A model generated the notes under the pieces. The model had not been told where the DNA came from, ran no database searches, and saw nothing but the letters and a program-made list of their open reading frames with translations. 64,000 bases of DNA from an uncultured archaeon (lineage in GTDB: Archaea > Asgardarchaeota > Lokiarchaeia > Sigyniarchaeales > SOKP01): NCBI GenBank assembly GCA_964508365.1, contig CAZDTP010000002.1, forward strand, positions 1-64,000. The letters run 5' to 3'. Of the stretch, positions 60,332 through 64,000 are shown in pieces (the stretch's first letter is position 1; each line of letters opens with the position of its first letter). The translations under genes and the position numbers were made by a program.

Positions 60332-61429
60332 CTATCTTTCAATTATGTTTTCTTTAATTTTTATACCAAAGTGAGTTGCTTCGGGACCAATATGAACCAA
60401 AACTTTGTCTCCAACCTTAATATCTACTATAGATACAGGGATTCCAACTGAGTTAACTAATCGAATTGTTTCTGCATTTTGACCAATGTAATTAATTCTG
60501 ATCTTCTTACCTCGATTATCAATTTCTAATTCTAATCTTAACATAGGGCGCGTTTCAATTTTCACTCTACCCACTGTAACCCTTTTCGCTCCACCATTTG
60601 AATTTACCACTAGAACTTGATCTCCCCCTTTCAATTCACTTAAATATTTCGTCTGATATTTCTTATCGGTGTCATCACTCGGAACTAGAATATATGCTGA
60701 AACATCACCAGCGTTTACTCTGAAGGGCCTTGAGGAAACAAATTGAGTTTCAAAAACTTCAGCGTGTACTAACACAAATCCTTTTGCAGTGCTTCCAACA
60801 AGCATCCCCTCCCCTGATTTCAATAAGGATGTAGTATCGACGCACACTCTTTCGCTCTCTGGGACATTTTGTAAAGCTATAACTTCTGCTTCAATGAGAT
60901 CAATTTTAAATTCGGTAACTAATAATTTTTTCAATTCTATGATGTCATTAACTTCTCTAGGAGTAATTAAAACTCCATCTGTCCCGATTTCAAGGGTTTT
61001 AAACATCAATTCTGCTTCATTTACATTCTCGACCGAAGCAATTAATTCTGTATCATTTTTGTGCATTTCTGCGATTAGGTTTTCAAAGGGGATGATTTTC
61101 CAGTCCTGTGCTTTGACTATAATGAAGTTAAAGTTACCTCTTTCTTCTTTAATAAATTCTTCGTCCTGTTTTGAGTTTAGTTCGTAATAGAGCCCAATCT
61201 TGACTCCTTTATCAATTCCAATTGGTTTCTCACTTGCTTCATTTACAATTAAATTTTGCGTGTTAATACTCAAATCTCTACTATACGTGGTTATACGTTC
61301 AATATTCTCGAATTCCAAAAATGTGTCTCTCGAAACTAAAAAATCAAGGAAATTCATATTCAAGGCTTCTTGCACTAGTGCTTTAAAATTATCCGTTTTT
61401 TTCTCGAAATCTAAAATTATTTTTTTCAT
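60332..61429 (-). CDS. aroB': 3-dehydroquinate synthase II
   Basis: DWKIIPFENLIA, RVCVDT, RPFRVNAG, RVKIETRP, QNAETIRL. Confidence 0.93.
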   Translation of the reverse strand: MKKIILDFEKKTDNFKALVQEALNMNFLDFLVSRDTFLEFENIERITTYSRDLSINTQNLIVNEASEKPIGIDKGVKIGLYYELNSKQDEEFIKEERGNFNFIIVKAQDWKIIPFENLIAEMHKNDTELIASVENVNEAELMFKTLEIGTDGVLITPREVNDIIELKKLLVTEFKIDLIEAEVIALQNVPESERVCVDTTSLLKSGEGMLVGSTAKGFVLVHAEVFETQFVSSRPFRVNAGDVSAYILVPSDDTDKKYQTKYLSELKGGDQVLVVNSNGGAKRVTVGRVKIETRPMLRLELEIDNRGKKIRINYIGQNAETIRLVNSVGIPVSIVDIKVGDKVLVHIGPEATHFGIKIKENIIER

Positions 61430-61555
61430 TTAAGAATCATCAAAGTTTGGACTCTGAAAGTAATTTATTGATAAGAATCATCGTACTAAATTAAATTCTA
61501 TCAAATTTTTAAGTAAATAAAATCATATTAATTATAAAAGAGATTCTAGTATATT

Positions 61556-62209
61556 ATGGCGCTGAAGAAAAAACTTTTTCCCAGAAAAGGTAAAGAAAAG
61601 GAAGAGCTTGTTCTTAAAGCTAAAGCACATATCAGAAAAATTGCACTATCAAATAAAACCTACAACAAAAGAGCAGAAATAGCAAGAAAGAACGCTAAAA
61701 TTGCGATAAAGAGAGGAGAGAGAAACCGGGCTAAAAATTATCTGATTCAACATAAACAGTATCAAATGAAGGTAGATCGCCAGAACAATATTCGGGCAAA
61801 AATAGAACGCCAAATAGAAGCTATATCCGAGGGACGTATGATTTCAATGACAGGCGATTTAATGGGGGGAATTAGAGACGAACTACAAGGTATTGCATCT
61901 AAAGTGGCCCCCGAAAAGATTGCTGAAATCGCAGAGGACTCTGAATTATACGTATCAGAAATAGAAGAATCTGCAGAAATCCTTGCTGGCGATCCTGAAA
62001 TTGATTTAGCAATTGATATAACTGACGAATTAAATCAACTTGAAACAGAAATGCTTTTAGAACAAGGGGGTCAAATGCCAGAAGTCCCTGATGATGAACT
62101 TGCTTATATTTCAGAGTTTGAAGAAATAGAAGAAGAACCTGAAATAAAAACAAAGGTAAAATTGGAGGACGAAATTGACAAGCTTAGGAAGGAATTAGAA
62201 GGTAGTTAA
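61556..62209 (+). CDS. ESCRT-III (Snf7-family) protein, probably Vps20/32/60-like
   Basis: Basic helical hairpin (A+..++.G....AK.YL), acidic C-terminal half, MPEVP and terminal EIDKLRKEL motifs. Confidence 0.88.
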   Translation: MALKKKLFPRKGKEKEELVLKAKAHIRKIALSNKTYNKRAEIARKNAKIAIKRGERNRAKNYLIQHKQYQMKVDRQNNIRAKIERQIEAISEGRMISMTGDLMGGIRDELQGIASKVAPEKIAEIAEDSELYVSEIEESAEILAGDPEIDLAIDITDELNQLETEMLLEQGGQMPEVPDDELAYISEFEEIEEEPEIKTKVKLEDEIDKLRKELEGS

Positions 62210-62249
62210 TTGATTTAATGACTTTCTTAAGCCAAATGAAAATTATTAT

Positions 62250-64000
62250 CTAAGTGTAATATCTTTTTCTATCAATTTCCTTTGAACTGTTCCTTAAAAA
62301 CTCTTCGTCTTCCATGTTGTCATCTAAAACCTCAATATTTTTCTCGATTATATAAATTTCCTTTTGTAAATTCTTAAAGTTTTTAAAGAAATCTATTTCT
62401 GAGATATCTCCTGATTCAAATTTAGAATCTAATGCTTTTAACGTTTCCTCGAGGCTGAATTTCTCTTTTTGTAGGTCAAACATTTTTTTACGTCTTGTTT
62501 TACTATCCTTTCTAGAGTGATGTTTTGACCCTTCGTTTGGATAATTTGAAATAGAATCATGATTGAATAACTCGGAGAGGTGATTCTTTGAATACTCGTG
62601 ATATTGGGGCATACATCTACCTTTTTCTGTTGATTCATAGTATGTGGGATCATTTTTCAAACCATCAAAGATATGTGAGTCGTTGGGTGATGCACTAGGG
62701 AAAATTTTACCATATTTTTGTAATTGTTCTAATTTTCTCATTAATAAATTTTTTTCTTCCGCGTTTGTAATAGGATTTCCGAATCCATTGTTAAAACTTG
62801 TAGGTTTGTAATTTTGTATCCTGTTGTTATCGAATAGGTTTTGTAAGAAAAAATCGTTCTGATTATAAATCGGTGGGCCATTATTCGGTATGTTATTGTA
62901 ATAATAATTTAAGTCTTCAGGGTTCTTAATATTCCTATGATAGAATAATGGATTTTCGGGTATATTTTTATAATTAGGATTAGGATAATAGGGAAAGCTA
63001 GGATTATTGATATTATTATTTTGATAAGGATTATAAAAAGGCTGGTTTGGTGAGATATTACGCATATAATTCGAGTTTTGATTAAATGCCTGCGGTACTT
63101 GACCGTAATTAGCCAATCCATTATTTGGTTTGACATTATTATATTGACATTTCAAACTGAAGAAGGTATTGATTGCTTCTTCAATAAACTTTGCTATATC
63201 ACTCAAATCAACCTCAATGTTAAAGAGTTTTTTAGCAGCTTCCTTATCATAAATTATTGTCTCGTCAAAACTTCTCGCGAGCAAAATATAATCTAATACT
63301 CTAGAAACAGAGTTAGGAGGAAGAGAGAATTCGTATCTACCGTAGGGAAACTCAATATAAAGTTTCTTGAAGATTTTTCCTCTGATTTGAATTTTGGTTA
63401 AATCCTTTACGGGAGCTTTAAAAATACCCTCTTGTTTTTTCTTTCGCTTCCCATATTCATGGACAAATGAAAGGTCAAAATTAGTAACAAAAAGAATTCC
63501 TTTCTTTTTTTTATATTTATCTTGAGTATTAAGGCCGTTAGATAATTTTGCATATATTGCATAAACAGGTTTTTCTTTATCGGCTAGATTCAGAAACTTT
63601 AGATAATTTGTGAAATAAAAATTTATCTTATCAATAAAATTAAGATTATTTGAAAGAGTCTCGATGCTCGAACTAATTGTTTTGACATTATTGTCTATAA
63701 AAGAAATTATTAAATTATAGCTTCTAGTTAAATTTTCTAAAATATCTTCAATAATCTTTATATTCGAATTTTGTTGCGTGTAAATATCAAAAAAATATTC
63801 TTTATTAATTGATAGATGTTGAATAAAATTACGAATCTTTTCTATAAGATTTTCTTTCGCATATATAAATAACTTGAAGAGAGCCAATAAATCTAATTCC
63901 ATGGTAGGGTAATGAAAACACCTAATAGGGGGAACTCTTGCATCTATGACCTTTTGTTTTAATTGGTACAAAGAACCTAATAAATCTCTTAAGGGAGTTA
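62250..64000 (-). CDS. Large protein (start lies beyond the window): helical region, PH-like domain, N/P/Y/Q-rich linker, C-terminal steadiness-box-like (Vps23/TSG101 core) motif
   Basis: Frame is open to the window edge (TPLRDLLGSLYQ...); G.LFVTNFDL.F..beta-rich segment; LEETLKALDSKFESGDISEIDFFKNFKNLQKEIYII. Confidence 0.72.
   Translation of the reverse strand, partial: TPLRDLLGSLYQLKQKVIDARVPPIRCFHYPTMELDLLALFKLFIYAKENLIEKIRNFIQHLSINKEYFFDIYTQQNSNIKIIEDILENLTRSYNLIISFIDNNVKTISSSIETLSNNLNFIDKINFYFTNYLKFLNLADKEKPVYAIYAKLSNGLNTQDKYKKKKGILFVTNFDLSFVHEYGKRKKKQEGIFKAPVKDLTKIQIRGKIFKKLYIEFPYGRYEFSLPPNSVSRVLDYILLARSFDETIIYDKEAAKKLFNIEVDLSDIAKFIEEAINTFFSLKCQYNNVKPNNGLANYGQVPQAFNQNSNYMRNISPNQPFYNPYQNNNINNPSFPYYPNPNYKNIPENPLFYHRNIKNPEDLNYYYNNIPNNGPPIYNQNDFFLQNLFDNNRIQNYKPTSFNNGFGNPITNAEEKNLLMRKLEQLQKYGKIFPSASPNDSHIFDGLKNDPTYYESTEKGRCMPQYHEYSKNHLSELFNHDSISNYPNEGSKHHSRKDSKTRRKKMFDLQKEKFSLEETLKALDSKFESGDISEIDFFKNFKNLQKEIYIIEKNIEVLDDNMEDEEFLRNSSKEIDRKRYYT

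Noticed and set aside
62760-63130. Repetitive-looking N/P/Y-rich DNA as CRISPR or a tandem repeat
   Set aside because: There are no fixed-length direct repeats with spacers; it is low-complexity coding sequence.
25440-63296. Alternative-frame or antisense short ORFs (25440..25652, 41452..41652, 43032..43283, 55347..55562, 55828..56082, 56560..56823, 61899..62153, 62438..62653, 62909..63136, 63078..63296)
   Set aside because: They overlap stronger genes, and I see no homology signal or slippery site that supports recoding.
1-64000. tRNA, rRNA, SRP or RNase P RNA genes
   Set aside because: All intergenic gaps are very AT-rich, with no cloverleaf, T-loop or GC-rich structured segments visible.

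Overview
AT-rich chromosomal window of an Asgard archaeon, most likely Lokiarchaeia. This placement is inferred from the split RNA polymerase A'/A'' genes, an archaeal histone, three Ras-superfamily small GTPases, roadblock and longin-like proteins, and ESCRT-III next to a steadiness-box-like protein. Most of the window is archaeal housekeeping: uvrB, aglB, truA, rfcS, eno, csl4/rpo11, EF-1alpha, aIF2alpha/nop10, GINS/priS/priL/PCNA/RPA3/TFS, L44e/S27e, pyrB, rpoA'-rpoA''-L30e-nusA-S12-S7, and pus10-L21e-rpo4-DUF655-ksgA-hemK. Metabolic genes include AOR, ilvC, GH127, GH57 and DHQ synthase II. I found no tRNA, rRNA, CRISPR array, transposase or integrase. Five things stand out: (1) a winged-HTH + ATP-cone + catalytically stripped class III ribonucleotide reductase fusion, a candidate nucleotide-sensing regulator; (2) a PH-like + N/P/Y-rich + steadiness-box protein convergent with ESCRT-III; (3) a diverged duplicate of the rps7 3' end flanking a small frameshifted Cys-motif gene; (4) an AglB with about five Ig-like repeats; (5) a probable pseudo-protease of the CPBP family. 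Several single-base frame anomalies lie in homopolymers and may be assembly errors. All family assignments are by eye from motifs; no searches were run.
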